Assembly (NCBI GenBank): GCA_951406725.2 | Contig: OX597818.1 | Coordinates: 83,824,001 to 83,888,000 of the forward strand | DNA from: Octopus vulgaris | Taxonomy: Eukaryota | Direction of reading: 5' to 3' | Length of the DNA stretch: 64,000 nt | In this document: positions 1-15,996 of the stretch, piece after piece | Position numbering within the stretch: position 1 is the first letter of the stretch | Layout: each line of letters opens with the position of its first letter | Notes under the pieces: model-generated | Seen by the model: the letters and a program-made list of their open reading frames with translations, nothing else | Told to the model about the DNA's origin: nothing | Database searches by the model: none | Program-made: the position numbers and the translations under genes

Positions 1-14
1 TGTTTTACTTACAA

Positions 15-300
15 TCGCAAAATCGTGGTTTCAACTCCCAGACTGGATGGTGTATTGTGTTCTTGAGCCAAATATTTTATTTCATATTTCTCTGGGACCA
101 CTTCTAAACCTGACACGGGGCACACAGTGTACATTTTCAGACAACGTCGATGTGATAGAGGGAATGAGCTAATGTGTCGGTATGAACATTTGATCACTAT
201 AAACAAATCATTTGTGCAAGTCGTTGTGTATCTTGAACGCTTATACTTAGTCTTCGATGGGAGAGTCCATCATATATATACGCATCTATATGTGATTGCA
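15..300 (+). mobile_element. tRNA-derived SINE family S3, 5'-truncated degenerate copy
   Basis: GTTTCAACTCCC B-box remnant then TTGTGTTCTTGAGCCAAATATTTTATTTCA, matching the reverse complement of the copies at 4100-4443 and 50900-51122. Confidence 0.6.
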
Positions 301-544
301 TTTGTATTTATGCTTGTACCCACCACCGCTTGACAAATGGTATCGGCTTGTTTACAAACCTGCAGCTTAGTGGTTTAGGAAAAGAAAGAGCTCCAATAAT
401 TTGTTGGCTTTACAATAAGAACAGGATTTTAGAAGAACAGGATTTTACAATAGGAACAGAGTCGATTTGTTCGACCAAAATCTTTCAAGGAGCCACCTCA
501 GCATGACTGCAGTATAATGACTAGAACAAACAAAGAAATGATAA

Positions 545-1305
545 AGATAAACGCTACAATCTCTTGTCAGCATCATTAGTAGGATAGGTAAATGAGAAAT
601 AACATAGTCAAAACACCGTATGTCCCAAAGTTACCTTACTCTAAGCAATTGAGTGTTTTATAAACTGACAAAATATAACAACGACTAGTATCTTCGCGTC
701 CAAATCTACCCAAACACATAAAGAATATGTATGTATACTGTCGGTCAGAAATTCAAGTGATAAGTAATATAGGAGCATTACATCAAACACAGCATGAATG
801 AATTAATGAAAGGTACTGGAGATACGAAGACGAGAGAAAATTAAAATCATAAAATTAAACTCATGATATGAGATGAGGAATATTCAAAGGAGACGTTCTC
901 TTTCTGCTCTTGTTTTATCGGTCATAAACAGGTTAAACTAATACTCAGGAACAGATTCAGCACATATTGAAATGCTTTCGGCGGATTATCTATCTTCTGC
1001 TGCAAATAAATCACCACTAAACTTAATAAACGGCTGCAAGCACCGTTACAGATAGCTGCTGGGTTTAGCAGAGTAACAATTTATATATTACTCGGTTAGG
1101 GAATTATTAGAAGACGACCTTTAAAAGTGAAAAGTCAATTAAAAAAAGATTATCTTGGATAGGAAAATAAACAAAAGAGCATTAGACATAACAGATACTT
1201 GTAAACACTTAGGAGTTAACGAAGTAAACAAAATACAAAACAGGAAAATGTAAGAAAAGGTTACAAAATCATATTAAAGAAGCAATAGATTAATACTTAA
1301 GTCTT
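545..1305 (+). pseudogene. Highly decayed R4/Dong-like non-LTR reverse transcriptase fragment
   Basis: Manual translation gives GIFKGDVLFLLLF at ~876-915 (cf. GIFQGDTLSPLLF at ~13720-13760) and [34 protein letters not shown] at ~1197-1304 (YKYLG..MKEK..KEY..R.R.ILKS motif); many stops. Confidence 0.65.
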
Positions 1306-1377
1306 CGATAAGTGCCAGGAGGAAGAAAATCGATACGTGTGCGTGTATACAAGTATATCCACCAATATATATTTATA

Positions 1378-1486
<109 letters not shown>

Positions 1487-1812
1487 ACCTACATAAATAT
1501 ATGCATATACACATACATATATTGACATAATTGCATATATATGTATATACATATGCATATTTGAGTACAGAAAGCCAAAAGATGTAAGCAACGTGAAATA
1601 CGAAATACGAAAAGCTGGAATAGGAACTTTTTTTGCGAACAGCGAAAAAAACAAATGGAAAACAAGACAAGTAACATAAAGAACGACCGTTCATCAGATG
1701 TCAGCTATTTTATCAACTCCACTTTTCGAGCAATTACGACACACGCATATTTGTGTGTATATACATATATATATATGCTTATGTACGTATGCACACACAC
1801 ACACACACACAC

Positions 1813-1855
<43 letters not shown>

Positions 1856-1889
1856 CATAAACTGAGAATGTCAAATTATTGTTTCCAAA

Positions 1890-2088
1890 ATTTTAGCCCA
1901 TGGTCAGCAATTTCGTTGGGCACTCGATTTCATAAAATCCAGTGTTCACCTGGTACTTATTCTGTCGTTCCAGAAAGGATGAGTGGCAATGTCAAACTCG
2001 ACGGGATTTGAACTCAGAAGGGGAAGACAAACGAAATACCACCAAGCATCTTGCTGGGTGTGCTAATGATTCTGTCATCACGACGCCT
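1890..2088 (-). mobile_element. SINE family S1 (tRNA head plus Nin/Deu-like core), degenerate
   Basis: Reverse complement of the S1 consensus (GATTTGAACTCAGAA, GGTACTTATT, GCTAATGATTCTGTCA). Confidence 0.75.
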
Positions 2089-2348
2089 AAGTGAATGTCA
2101 GTTTATTACAAGGGGATTTTAAATCTCATTTTGGCATGAATGTGTTTACGTATAATGAATACCTCCTGAGTTTTAATATCCAATGTTACTTTAAAACACT
2201 TTGTATCTTGAAGGGCATCGTTTAATTTCTCTCCCTTTACAAAGACGGTAAGGAGATTTGGTTGTTAGTTTTTTTGCGTGACATGTTACCATATAAAATA
2301 TTCATTGTTGGACTTCAACAGTTCACGACTGAAATTCACTTATATATA

Positions 2349-2403
<55 letters not shown>

Positions 2404-2699
2404 ATATATATATATATATAACTCAACTTGTGTGTCTGTGTGTGTATCTTTGTGTGTGTCTGTGTGTTTAACTTCCCGGCACATATCCTAGCCAACAAAT
2501 CGTAGAACCACCAAAAATGAGTCACTTAAAGTTTAGGCGAATGAAAATTGAACTGCGCTATTTCTGTTCCGAAATTCATCTCGCAAGTGCAAAATTCGAT
2601 AGTGTATTTGTTTAGGCCTTATCCCATGCATTGAACAGTGAACTTTACTCAGTCAACTGTTTGACGTGAACTGTGTTCACCACGCGTGCAAGCATGCGT

Positions 2700-3021
2700 A
2701 AATTGCATGAAAAATAAAAAATCAAGATATAAAAACGAATCGCCGTAAACATTGTAGAAATTCGGCAAAGAAATGAATTTTCGGGATGTAGCCTGGAGTT
2801 TTTTTTCGTATTAATCGTTTGGACTTTGTGAACACATACCAATTGTTTTCATAACATTTTTAACGCTTTGAATTAAATGTGACCATTTTGCGTTGAGTCT
2901 GCAGTTTAAATCACTTAAACAAAAAACTAAATCACTTTAGCAGGCCAGATTTTTGATCATCACGATACATCGCCAGCGACTCCCTGTAATTCTCCCCTGA
3001 AATCCCCGTTGAGAAATACTG
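2700..3021 (-). mobile_element. hAT (Charlie-like) remnant
   Basis: Minus-strand peptide TINTKKNSRLHPENSFLCRIS resembles the hAT C-terminal dimerisation motif (IKTK.RSRL..E); GTTGAGAAATACTG resembles a Charlie-type TIR. Confidence 0.35.
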
Positions 3022-3099
3022 ATCTAAAAGAATAATTCAACAATGCAATTATTTAATCAACAAAAATTTATGAAACGCTTTTACGTACTTCCTATTGAG

Positions 3100-3240
3100 G
3101 AAATGGAACACATAAGCGCAAAAATAGAGGGCATTAAATGCTTGATTTTAAAACCAAAATAATTGAATTTTGATTGAACTTCATCCAAGTTTAGCTTAAT
3201 TCGCGCGTGCATAGGACGCACGAGCCGGGCAATACTGCTA

Positions 3241-3241
<1 letters not shown>
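3100..3241 (+). mobile_element. Helitron-like 3' terminus
   Basis: GC-rich hairpin CGTGC-ATAGGAC-GCACG followed by GCCGGGCAATACTGCTAG|T, the CTAG end before T. Confidence 0.55.
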
Positions 3242-3330
<89 letters not shown>

Positions 3331-3411
3331 GTATATATATGAATTTTTTGTGTGTAATGAGATTAAAAAAAACAAGGCTGTATAGATATTAGAGCATTTA
3401 TAGATAGAAGC

Positions 3412-3464
3412 TCTTACACCTGTTGCTAGAATATTAATTAATAATAATATCTCTTCATCGGAGA
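3412..3464 (-). ncRNA. Degenerate hammerhead-like motif (family C)
   Basis: Minus strand TCT-CCGATGA-AGAG..AT-rich stem..CTA-GCAA-CAGGTG-TA-AGA; same layout as 22174-22264 and 63377-63498 but with mutated core. Confidence 0.4.
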
Positions 3465-4099
3465 CGGTTTGAGAGGAAAAGTTAAGTCATAGTTAGCTTC
3501 GATGTCATATAACTAAAGTGTGAGGTGGAGGAAAGAAAATAGATGTAAGATATGTATGCTTTCTGAGTTCATAAATCCGTTTTATAGGCATAATGGTATA
3601 TATGTGTATTATTCCAATATCCTTTGAGTAAAATCCAAAAGTCCAACAGAGTTTAATATGAGTCCATCCAAATGTAAAGTTTATAAGCAATGCAAGATTC
3701 TCTTAAAGTTGTTCCTTCCCAGTAGGGAATTTATATAGAATGTAGCAGATTCGAGGTTTGTGTTCAGCTGACCTAGAAATAGGGAGTGTATTAGTTTGGT
3801 CAAATTGAAAATAGGAAGATAGGAATGACAAAAAAAGAAGAGGTAAACAGAGGAGAGAGAGAAAGAATTAAAGAGAAAGAAGAAAGAAGATCAGTAAAAA
3901 CCAAAATAAAGAAAAAAACCCTGAATGTATGAATAAATAGAATAAGGAAAAGAATAAAGAAAAATTAAGATATAGGTTGGTCAGTGGTCAGTGGAGGTAG
4001 TTTGAAAGTAGGAGTGGGGATAGAGAGAGAAAGGTATTATAGTATAAATGATAGAGGAATGGGGGTGTTAAGAGGTAGAGGAAATATTAAGTGTAGTAA

Positions 4100-4443
4100 G
4101 GGTAAAGGTAAAGACCCCCTTCGGTCATGAATGACCATGGGATTGCACCTAGAATGTTACCCTCCTAGACACAAGACCGGGCGAGGTTGTTTATGGAAGA
4201 CCAGCAGTCGCCCATGCATATCAGCCTCCCCTCTCCACTCCACCAGTGTTATCCAAGGGAAAGACAAAGGTCGATATAGCTTGGCAGCAGTGACGTCGCA
4301 ACTCATTTCTACAGCTGAGTGAACTGGAGCAACGTGAAATAAAGTGCCTTGCTCAAGAACACAACACGCAGCCCGGTCCGGGATTCGAGCTCACAACCTC
4401 ACGATCGTAAGCTCGACGCGCTAACCACTGAGCTATGCGCCTT
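4100..4443 (-). mobile_element. tRNA-derived SINE family S3, near full length
   Basis: Minus strand GGCGCATAGCTCAGTGGTTAGCGCG (A box)...GAGCTCGAATCCC (B box), CORE-like TGTGTTCTTGAGCAAGGCACTT, tail ending in (CTTTAC)n. Confidence 0.85.
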
Positions 4444-5524
4444 CATTAAGTGTAGTAGTAGCTTTTAATTGAGAGGCAAATATATGAAGAATTAAGGAAA
4501 TAGTAGTGTTAATTATTCTGAAAAAATATTTGTGAAGATGTATATACATGTATATCAGATAAATTATAGAGATATATATCAAGTCTGGCTTCTGTCCTTA
4601 ATGGTTAATACATACGTTTGGTATTTGGTATCAATGTAGAGCTTACAACAGACGCTTTAGTCTTTTAGACAGACAGAGTTTGTTTCCAAGTTCATCCACG
4701 TTTTACTCACATATTAAAGAGTGTTTATTAATGATCAATTCACTATAAACATAAATTAAATTTCTTTTACTTTTTTATTTAAGATGTGAAATTATTCTTA
4801 ACTTAATTATGATATGAAATATATATAACTCCAAATGATTAATATTGGAAGAACTAATAAAAAAAATACTGTTAAAATATATCTAATTAGTGTATTTTGA
4901 TAAACCAACACGATGTAAACAAATTTTATTAAATATCTTTTTGGATAATGGAAGTTAAAATTAAATATATTGAATAGAAGAGAAAACCATAGAGCTTTTC
5001 AGTGTCATTTCATTTTCAAACTTAAATTTTTCATGGATGTCTTTGCGTATTTCCTCATATTTCGCCTCTAAATTTGCTTATATTTTATATTTATTTGTAA
5101 TTTATATTTTCAAGATTTTTCCAGCATGAGCTCATGTAATTCTAACGTTCATTAAAATGAAAATTATAACTGAAATTAAATAATAATTAACATTTACATT
5201 TATCTTAAGTTAAAAGTAAATAAACTCGTAATTTGAAGCAAAAAAAGAAATAATTATTTATAACATTATTCATAGCAGAGGCATAACTTCACATATTTGT
5301 GACTAAAGAAGTGTTGATTAGTATAATATTTGTACTGGACAGTTCTGATTTAGTCCATCCCACGATGATGGGAACATCCAAATTTGATATGAACAGAAAG
5401 ACTATGAGCTCCAAACTGTATATGCAACTTCAGGAGTTCCACTCCTGATCTCATTGCTGCGATTTAGTCACAGCCTCGTGTGAGGCAATGACTTGCAAAG
5501 GGAATTTGATAAACAGATGTTATG

Positions 5525-5588
<64 letters not shown>

Positions 5589-5625
5589 ACTCACATATTC
5601 ACACACAAATATTTGCGACCAGGCA

Positions 5626-5672
<47 letters not shown>

Positions 5673-5706
5673 TAAGTGTGTGTGCGTGTATTTAAACCTA
5701 TGTATG

Positions 5707-5737
<31 letters not shown>

Positions 5738-5792
5738 CTATATATCTATCTATTTATCTATCTATTTGCATGTGTGGGTGTGTGTATACATG

Positions 5793-5852
<60 letters not shown>

Positions 5853-5860
<8 letters not shown>

Positions 5861-6041
5861 TTATTTGCATTATTTACATTTGACGGATATTTGTCCTCAT
5901 CCTGTTTGTTGTTAATACGACGTTTTGGCTGATATACCCTCCAGCCTTCATCGGAATCATGGGGTTAGTAACCCGCGCTCTTAGCCACCTTGCCTGAGTT
6001 CGATTCCAAGCGGCGACCTGAATAATAATAATAAAAATAAT

Positions 6042-6129
<88 letters not shown>

Positions 6130-6301
6130 TAACGTCAAAAAATACCTTAGGAATGACAACCCAGATTCGAAAATTTTCCAAGACACCTGATGAAGGCTGG
6201 AGGGTATATCAGCCGAAACGTTGTGTTAACAACAAACAAGATGAGGACAAATATCCGTCAAATGTAGATAATGTAAATAATGTACATAATTCCTCATCTC
6301 T

Positions 6302-6305
<4 letters not shown>
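5853..6305 (+). mobile_element. tRNA-head/(AAT)n/hammerhead element (family A), copy 1, with inverted 5' duplication
   Basis: B box GTTCGATTCC 5998-6007, (AAT)n, tail shared with 14908-15063; 5853-5951 is an inverted copy of 6189-6288 fused to the inverted 5' half of the tRNA head (5952-5988). Confidence 0.8.
6182..6227 (+). ncRNA. Minimal type-I hammerhead ribozyme motif, intact core
   Basis: GACAC (helix I 5') CTGATGA A GGCTG-gagggtatat-CAGCC (helix II) GAAA CG T T GTGTT (helix I 3'). Confidence 0.75.
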
Positions 6306-6345
<40 letters not shown>

Positions 6346-6589
6346 GAGTTAAAAATCATTGAAAATGTGGCAACTATCAACAAAAAGAGCTTTCATAAAC
6401 AAAAACAAAACAAATAACTTACTGTTTAACCAAATTAAACAATCGATTAGCGAGCTGGATGATACACCAATTGACTAAGAGTAAAGGAGTGCAATTGAAC
6501 TAGTGCGTATGTTAATAATATTGGCATAATGACTCTCCGTAGACATAACAATTTTTTTCGAAGCACGAATTCACATAAAGTGTCTTGCA

Positions 6590-6761
6590 AACCAGATACA
6601 AAAATGAAATATTTATTTAGATCAGATTCACGCATTTATTGCTGCAGTGTTCCAGTCTTTCTGTTTTTCTAAGCCCTGTAAAAAGATTTCGGAAGTTTGG
6701 GCCTCCAGTTAGGCCGCACGCGATACCCTCACGGTTAGGAATCTTTCAGTGACATCTTATA
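6590..6761 (-). mobile_element. mariner-derived MITE (same family as 52653-52854)
   Basis: TTTTTCTAAGCCCTGTAAAAAG..TGGGCCTCCAGTTAGGCC is the reverse complement of ~52700-52745; degenerate TIR AGGAATCTTTCAGTGACATCTTATA. Confidence 0.6.
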
Positions 6762-6769
6762 TATAAGTG

Positions 6770-6932
6770 TGTGTGTTGGCTGTGTGGTAAGTAGCTTGGT
6801 TACGAACTACATGGTTCCGGTTTCACTCCCACTGCGTGGCATCTTGGACAAGTGCCTTCTGCATTGGGCCGACCAATGCCTTGTGAGTGGATTTGGTGGA
6901 CGAAAACTGAAAGAAGCCCATTATATAAGTGC

Positions 6933-6991
<59 letters not shown>

Positions 6992-7212
6992 TGTGTTTGT
7001 GTGTCTGTGTTTGTTCCCCCAACATCGCTTGACAACCGATGGTGGTGTGTTTACGGCCCCATAACTTAGTGGTTCGGCACAAGAGACCGATAGAATAAGT
7101 ACCAGGTTTACAAAGAATAAGTCCTGGGGTTGATTTTCTTGACTAAAGGTGGTGCTCCAGCATGGCCGCAGTCAAATGACTGAAACAAGTAAAGGAGTAA
7201 AAAGTGTAAAGA
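6770..7212 (+). mobile_element. SINE family S2 (tRNA head, CORE-like box, internal microsatellite)
   Basis: TGGCTGTGTGGTAAG A box, GGTTTCACTCCC B box, ATCTTGGACAAGTG, internal (TA)n(TG)n, 3' CAGCATGGCCGCAGTCAAATGACTGAAACAAG. Confidence 0.9.
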
Positions 7213-7219
7213 GTATATG

Positions 7220-7268
<49 letters not shown>

Positions 7269-7899
7269 ACAGATATAGATGTAGACAACATAGACAAACG
7301 TATACATTATAAATGCACACAATAAGTAACACTTATTTAATATGTATGTCATTACTTGTGTGCGTGTGTGTGAGTGGCTTAACACATAAACTTGAACATA
7401 AGTGAAGAGAGGTCAATTAAGCATACATCAAGTAATTAGTCCTATTCGTCAAAAAGCTCATTATTCATGATTTCACACTCATTGTACTCGCATCGCTCTA
7501 ATAGAAGTCGTCTGGCACTTAGTGTGCCTTGTTTTGTCTTTATATAACCTTTATTTCTTCAGTCTATACCGGAGTCCATATCCTGTGAATGACTTTAAAC
7601 CACATGCCATAGTGGGTCCTGTATGAAGTGTTATAGGGTTCTACGTACTTAGAACCTCCTTTTGGCCACTGTTGTTCCCAGGTGTACTATGATATAGAGT
7701 AGTTACACTTGATAGACTTCCGGCTATACTTTAGATAGCATGTTATTGGAGAAACACGAATTATATCACTACCTTGTGAATGCAATGGCAAAATAAAGAA
7801 GATGAGTCCTTCAGGCGGTCAGATGCTCGTTCTGATAATCTTTCCGTCAACACCAGGGTCGGTGTGATTCTCTTTCCTTGTGAGGCAATTTGCCTAGAA

Positions 7900-8182
7900 C
7901 AGCAGTTCTCAGCTGGGGTCCCTATGACCATTGTGGGTTCATATGGATCTTAGGGGTTCGTATAAGATTAGATATAGATAATAGAATTTATGTGTAATAC
8001 ATTTCTTATACTTCTATGACATACAAAATATTTTAATATTTTATTATGCAATTGCTAATAAAATTTGATTATTAATATACAGCAGGTTGTTTTTATATAA
8101 AAAATCAAATAGATATGGAGGTCCTGTAGCGCATAATACGAATCAACGTGGTCTATGGGCAAAAAATCGTTAAGAGTCACTG
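7900..8182. mobile_element. hAT-type MITE
   Basis: Ends CAGCAGTTCTCAGC ... GTTAAGAGTCACTG resemble CAGTGGTTCTCAAC-type TIRs; no clear 8-bp TSD retained. Confidence 0.55.
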
Positions 8183-8454
8183 ACCAATATGAAAGCCACT
8201 CCAATGTAGAAAATACAGCTTGCTGGTCATCGCAGACATCGTAGCCTGCTGAGCCTCAATGTGGGCATCCGCGTTATCCCGCTGAGTGGGATTTGATTGC
8301 GTAGACTGACCGTTGATTTAAAGTCACTAATTGCAGGCAGAACATAAAGCCATACAGCGTCACGAAGAAACCGCCATTATCATATATCATACTGGAAACT
8401 CCAGTATGGACTGGAGTTGAATGTTTTATCTGATTATTATTAATAACCAAAATT

Positions 8455-8672
8455 GGCGGCGAGCTAGCAAAATCGTTAGCACGCCGGGTGTAATGCTTAG
8501 CGGCATTTCGTCCGTCTTTACGTTCTGAGTTCAAATTCCACCGAGATCGACTTTGCCTTTCATCTTTCCGGGGTCGATAAATTAAGTACCACAGAATCAC
8601 TGGGGTCGCTGTAATCGACATGATCCCTATCCCCAAATTTCAGGCCTTCCGTCTTTAGTAGAAGGGATTATT
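8455..8672 (+). mobile_element. SINE family S1
   Basis: GGCGGCGAGCTAGCAAAATCGTTAG head, GAGTTCAAATTCC B box, GCCTTTCATCTTTCCGGGGTCGATAAATTAAGTACC Nin-like core. Confidence 0.9.
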
Positions 8673-9042
8673 AATGGCCAAAATATTTAGATTTACAGAG
8701 GTCTTCTACAAGAATATATGAAATTTTCTAACCATTTCGACTTCAGTCACCTCCGTTGTAACTCATCCAATAAACTCAGCTTATAATATTGCTTTCAGTT
8801 GTACTTTAGAATGTGTTTTATTACCAACAGCAACCAAATATCCCTCAAGTCATACTCTTCAATTTAAAAAAAGAAACATTCTATATTGTGCTTCTAAATA
8901 CTGGAAAATGTAAGTTGTGATGTTCACGAATGGAAAATATTATGATAACGTATTTGTTTAGAAAGAGCTAACTAGGATTTAGCAACAACTTCCACAACAA
9001 CATAAATAATAATGAAAACGACTGTTCCCATGATATTCATGC

Positions 9043-9146
9043 AAATATATCCATGGAAGTTGGACTTTTTATGGTAAACACACGAAAACAAAATATTTTG
9101 TTTTCGTGTGTTTACCATAAAAAGTCCAACTTCCATGGATATATTT
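9043..9146. repeat. Perfect 104-bp palindrome with no spacer
   Basis: 52-bp arms, centre ACAAAAT|ATTTTGT between 9094 and 9095. Confidence 0.95.
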
Positions 9147-9839
9147 CTTTGTATTATAGGCGCAGGACCTGATATTTGAAGGAAAGTCGTTTGTCATGGT
9201 GCTCGATTAGTTCTAATTTTATCGACCCCAAAATAATGTAAGACAAAGTTGACCTTGGTGGGATTTGAACTTAGAACGAAAAGTTAGAAGAAATACCGTG
9301 AAATATTTTCTTTGACACGCTAAGGATTCTACCACCTCGTCGCACTCCAAGACAAAATGTTCCTCAAGACAATAGGGAAAATATTTACGTGGGAAATATA
9401 AATGCTAGAAATAGCAAGTATATCTCTTTTAAATAATACTTTACGTTTAAATAAAGAAAAAAATGTCCCTTTAAATATCATCGTATTACATTCTTCCAAC
9501 AAGATGAGATTGTCAGTTAGAACACGTTTGATCAAATATTTAACATATCGAAGTTAACTCGGGGTATAAACAACATCAAAAATAGCAACAACAACAACAG
9601 AAGTTTCCATACTAAAGCACATTACACAACTAACTTTTCAAAGATAGCGTGTAACTCTCGTACCGTAAACAGATGTTTGCGGTTCATACACATTCATTAA
9701 CCGTTAGCTTTCTCTCCATTGCAACAGTTAGTTTGGTACTCAAAGAGTTGAAAATATTTGTGTTCCAAAAAAGTTATGGAATTTAGCGAAAATTTCTCTT
9801 GAATCATTTAAAACGTATCTGGATGAATTAATCTTTTAG

Positions 9840-9966
9840 TGTCTCGAATCAGCGATCTGCAAAGGATTATAACAAGGACAAAAATCACTTTATCCATCAG
9901 TTTGCAATGACTAAACATGATCAAACAAGAGCCTTAGAAAAAATCCGGCAAGAGATGGAGCAGTGA
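9840..9966 (+). CDS. Candidate terminal coding exon of an unidentified host gene
   Basis: TTAATCTTTTAG acceptor, then open frame VSNQRSAKDYNKDKNHFIHQFAMTKHDQTRALEKIRQEMEQ* in non-repetitive sequence; no homology recognised. Confidence 0.3.
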
Positions 9967-10539
9967 CAAACAAGTAAAGGCGACGCACTAGCTTGGCCGT
10001 GGTTTGTGATGACTTCAGTGACGTCAAGAATTAAAGAACTCATAAAGAAGTAATGAAAGAACTAGAATTCAGAGACCTAGATCAAGCAGAAACAAAGAAG
10101 AGAGGAATAGAAGAAAGAAGTATAAAAAAAATAAATTAAGAGAACAAACAAAAATGTAAGGAAAAGCTGGAGGGGAGAAAGGGTAAGAGACAGGAACAGG
10201 AGAGAGGGAGGTGAAAGACTAAGAGAGATTGAAAAAGAAAGGAAGGAAAATAGAAAATGAAGGAAAAGAAGAAAAAAATTAATAATTTTCTTTGTTAAAT
10301 TCTACCCACCAATATTTCCAGTCATTCGATTATGGCTGATTTCCTTCTCACAGAAAACGGTCTATCAATTTCGGTAACTTCAAAAAGCACAGGTTGATAA
10401 AGTGTCCGAAATATTGGTGGTGCATACTGCCAAATATTGGTCGGGTGGTAGTAGGGGGTAATAGTCGGTGCTAATGGAATAAGTCGACTGGAATGGTGAT
10501 ATTAGCTACATGTTTAATGAGCCAATACTAGTACCACTT

Positions 10540-11502
10540 CAGGTGATGGTGGTGGTTGAGGTGGTGGTAATGTTCGTGGCGGTGATGCCGTTGGTGGTGG
10601 ATGTTGGTGCTGTAGTAATATATAACTTGTTGTTTGTGTTGTTGTATGTGATGTTGGTGTTAGTAGCGGCGACGGTGACGGCGGTGACTGTATGTGTGGA
10701 TATTTTGGTAGCGATTGTATAGTGGTGGGGACATGTAGTGTCTGGTGGTGTTGCAGTTGGTTTTGTTGATGGTCGTTGTCATGGTTTTTCTTAGTGCCAG
10801 CAGAGGCGGCGCCGGAGGTGGTCGGGATAGAGGCTTTGGTGAGGATGGCGTCATAGTTGAGTCATTGATTTTCAACGTTGTTTTATGCTATTGTTGTAGT
10901 TGTTGTTGATGGTGGTGGTGGTAGTAGTGACAGAAGTAGTTGTTGTTGTGGTCACGGTAGTGGTAGTGGTGACAGTGGTGTGAAGGTGTCAGAAGTTTCA
11001 GTGGCTGTGGTCTCAGTGGTTTTCTAAAAGTGTTGCCTACAATAATGGTTCTAGCGATATCAGCGGCTTTAGTATTGATGCTGTCAGATTCGTTAATAAT
11101 ATTAGTAGCAGCAGCAACAGCAGTGGTAGTAGTAGTAGTAGTAGTAGTCGGCGGTGTCGTTGGTGGTGTTTGTTGTTCAATTAGTGATGGTGGTGACGGT
11201 GATGATGGCGGTGGTGATAATAGTAATGGTAAAGATAGTGGGGGGGGCCACGTTGGTGGTGATGTTGGTGTTGGACCTGGTGTTGATCACAACGGTGGTG
11301 GTGATGGTGGTGGTAGTGGTGGTGGTGGTGGTGGTGGTGATGGTAGCGGTAGTTAGGTTGTTGTTATGTCAATGGTGGCAGCGATGGTGTTTGATAGTTT
11401 TCGTTAAAGTTTTCGTAATTATTTATTCAGTATTCATGAAATTGAAGAAATATTAGCAACTAATCAGTGAAATAACGTATGAAGACACTAATGATTGCGT
11501 TC

Positions 11503-11563
<61 letters not shown>

Positions 11564-11750
11564 CTATAGCTGTAGTGATAGTAGTAGTAGTAGTAGTTGT
11601 TGTAGTTGTTGTAGTAGTAGTAGTAGTAGTAGTAGTAGTCCTTTTGATATTGTCCGCCATGTTTTGGGCACTTGTGGCCTATGAAAGAAATCATCATCAT
11701 CTTCATAATCATCATCATCATCATCATCATCATCATTATTATTATTATTA
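10540..11750. repeat. Degenerate GGT/GTT/GTA/CAT/TAT trinucleotide low-complexity tract
   Basis: Directly visible; explains the poly-V/T/G ORFs. Confidence 0.9.
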
Positions 11751-11752
11751 CA

Positions 11753-14285
<2,533 letters not shown>

Positions 14286-14286
14286 G

Positions 14287-14415
14287 GTAGAGGAACATCG
14301 CAAAGCTGTGACACGAGGAGATATTATTAAATCGGGTATCACTGATCATGTATGCAGAAATGGAGACCGCCTCCCCATGTGGGATGAAGTTAAAATAATA
14401 GATAGAGAACACCAA
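14287..14415 (+). pseudogene. Penelope/Poseidon-like GIY-YIG endonuclease C-terminal fragment
   Basis: EEHRKAVTRGDIIKSGITDHVCRNGDRLPMWDEVKIIDREH matches the PLE EH....S.IA.H......WD...II..E pattern. Confidence 0.75.
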
Positions 14416-14444
14416 GCCCCACAATTCATCCCGTAATTGCCCAC

Positions 14445-15063
<619 letters not shown>

Positions 15064-15154
15064 TAATATGTTCAGAGTTCAAATCCCACCGAGCTTAACC
15101 TTGACTTTTAAGATTTATAAGTCTCTGACATAAGTACTAGCTTTACGATTTAAG

Positions 15155-15251
<97 letters not shown>

Positions 15252-15711
15252 CATTATTATTATTATTTTCATCATCTTCATCATCTTCATCATCATACGC
15301 AAATAAACCACGCAGACAAATCAAGAGACTTAATATTTTATTACACTACGCTGCCGTCGATCCGATCAATGATGTTGAATCAATAATGTTAAATCAATTC
15401 AGTTGTACACATCTACTTGTAAACATTTACTTGTTAAATATTATTGTGTTAAAACTTCGTTACAAATTTTTATGTAACATTTTAGATGGTGTGCGGTGAA
15501 ATAGTTAATGAACATCGGCTATATATAGTCAGAAGTGCATTCCCATCTGACTGTATATAAACAGAAGATTCTGTAGTTTACTGCTATGGCTTTTCACAAC
15601 CTGTGGGTAATCAGGATGGAATTGTTGAAATGAAGATGCTGAGAAACATATTCTCCTTGCATGAGTGTGCGTGCATTTGTGCGTGTCCGGGGGTCTGTAT
15701 ATATATTGTTT

Positions 15712-15749
<38 letters not shown>

Positions 15750-15832
15750 GGTGCTCCAGAATGACAACGGCCGCATAACTGAAACGAGTAAAAGAGTAAA
15801 AGATTAAGAGTATGTTTTTGTATATTTATGTG

Positions 15833-15887
<55 letters not shown>

Positions 15888-15903
15888 ATAGATGTATGTA
15901 TAT

Positions 15904-15936
<33 letters not shown>

Positions 15937-15996
15937 CATACACACATATATATATACAAATACACATATATATATATATGTACATATACATATAAC

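Noticed and set aside
1570-1740. Minus-strand CTGATGA near 1691-1697
   Set aside because: No downstream GAAA/helix III in the right order; at most a truncated terminal-repeat fragment
4370-4443. tRNA-like sequence (also 14445-14520, 29199-29270, 51050-51122)
   Set aside because: SINE heads fused to repeat bodies; no complete acceptor stem or Pol III terminator, so not called as tRNA genes
11030-11356. Signal-peptide-like, Gly-rich ORF
   Set aside because: Lies inside the GGT/GTA low-complexity tract, starts at GTG and has no supporting gene structure
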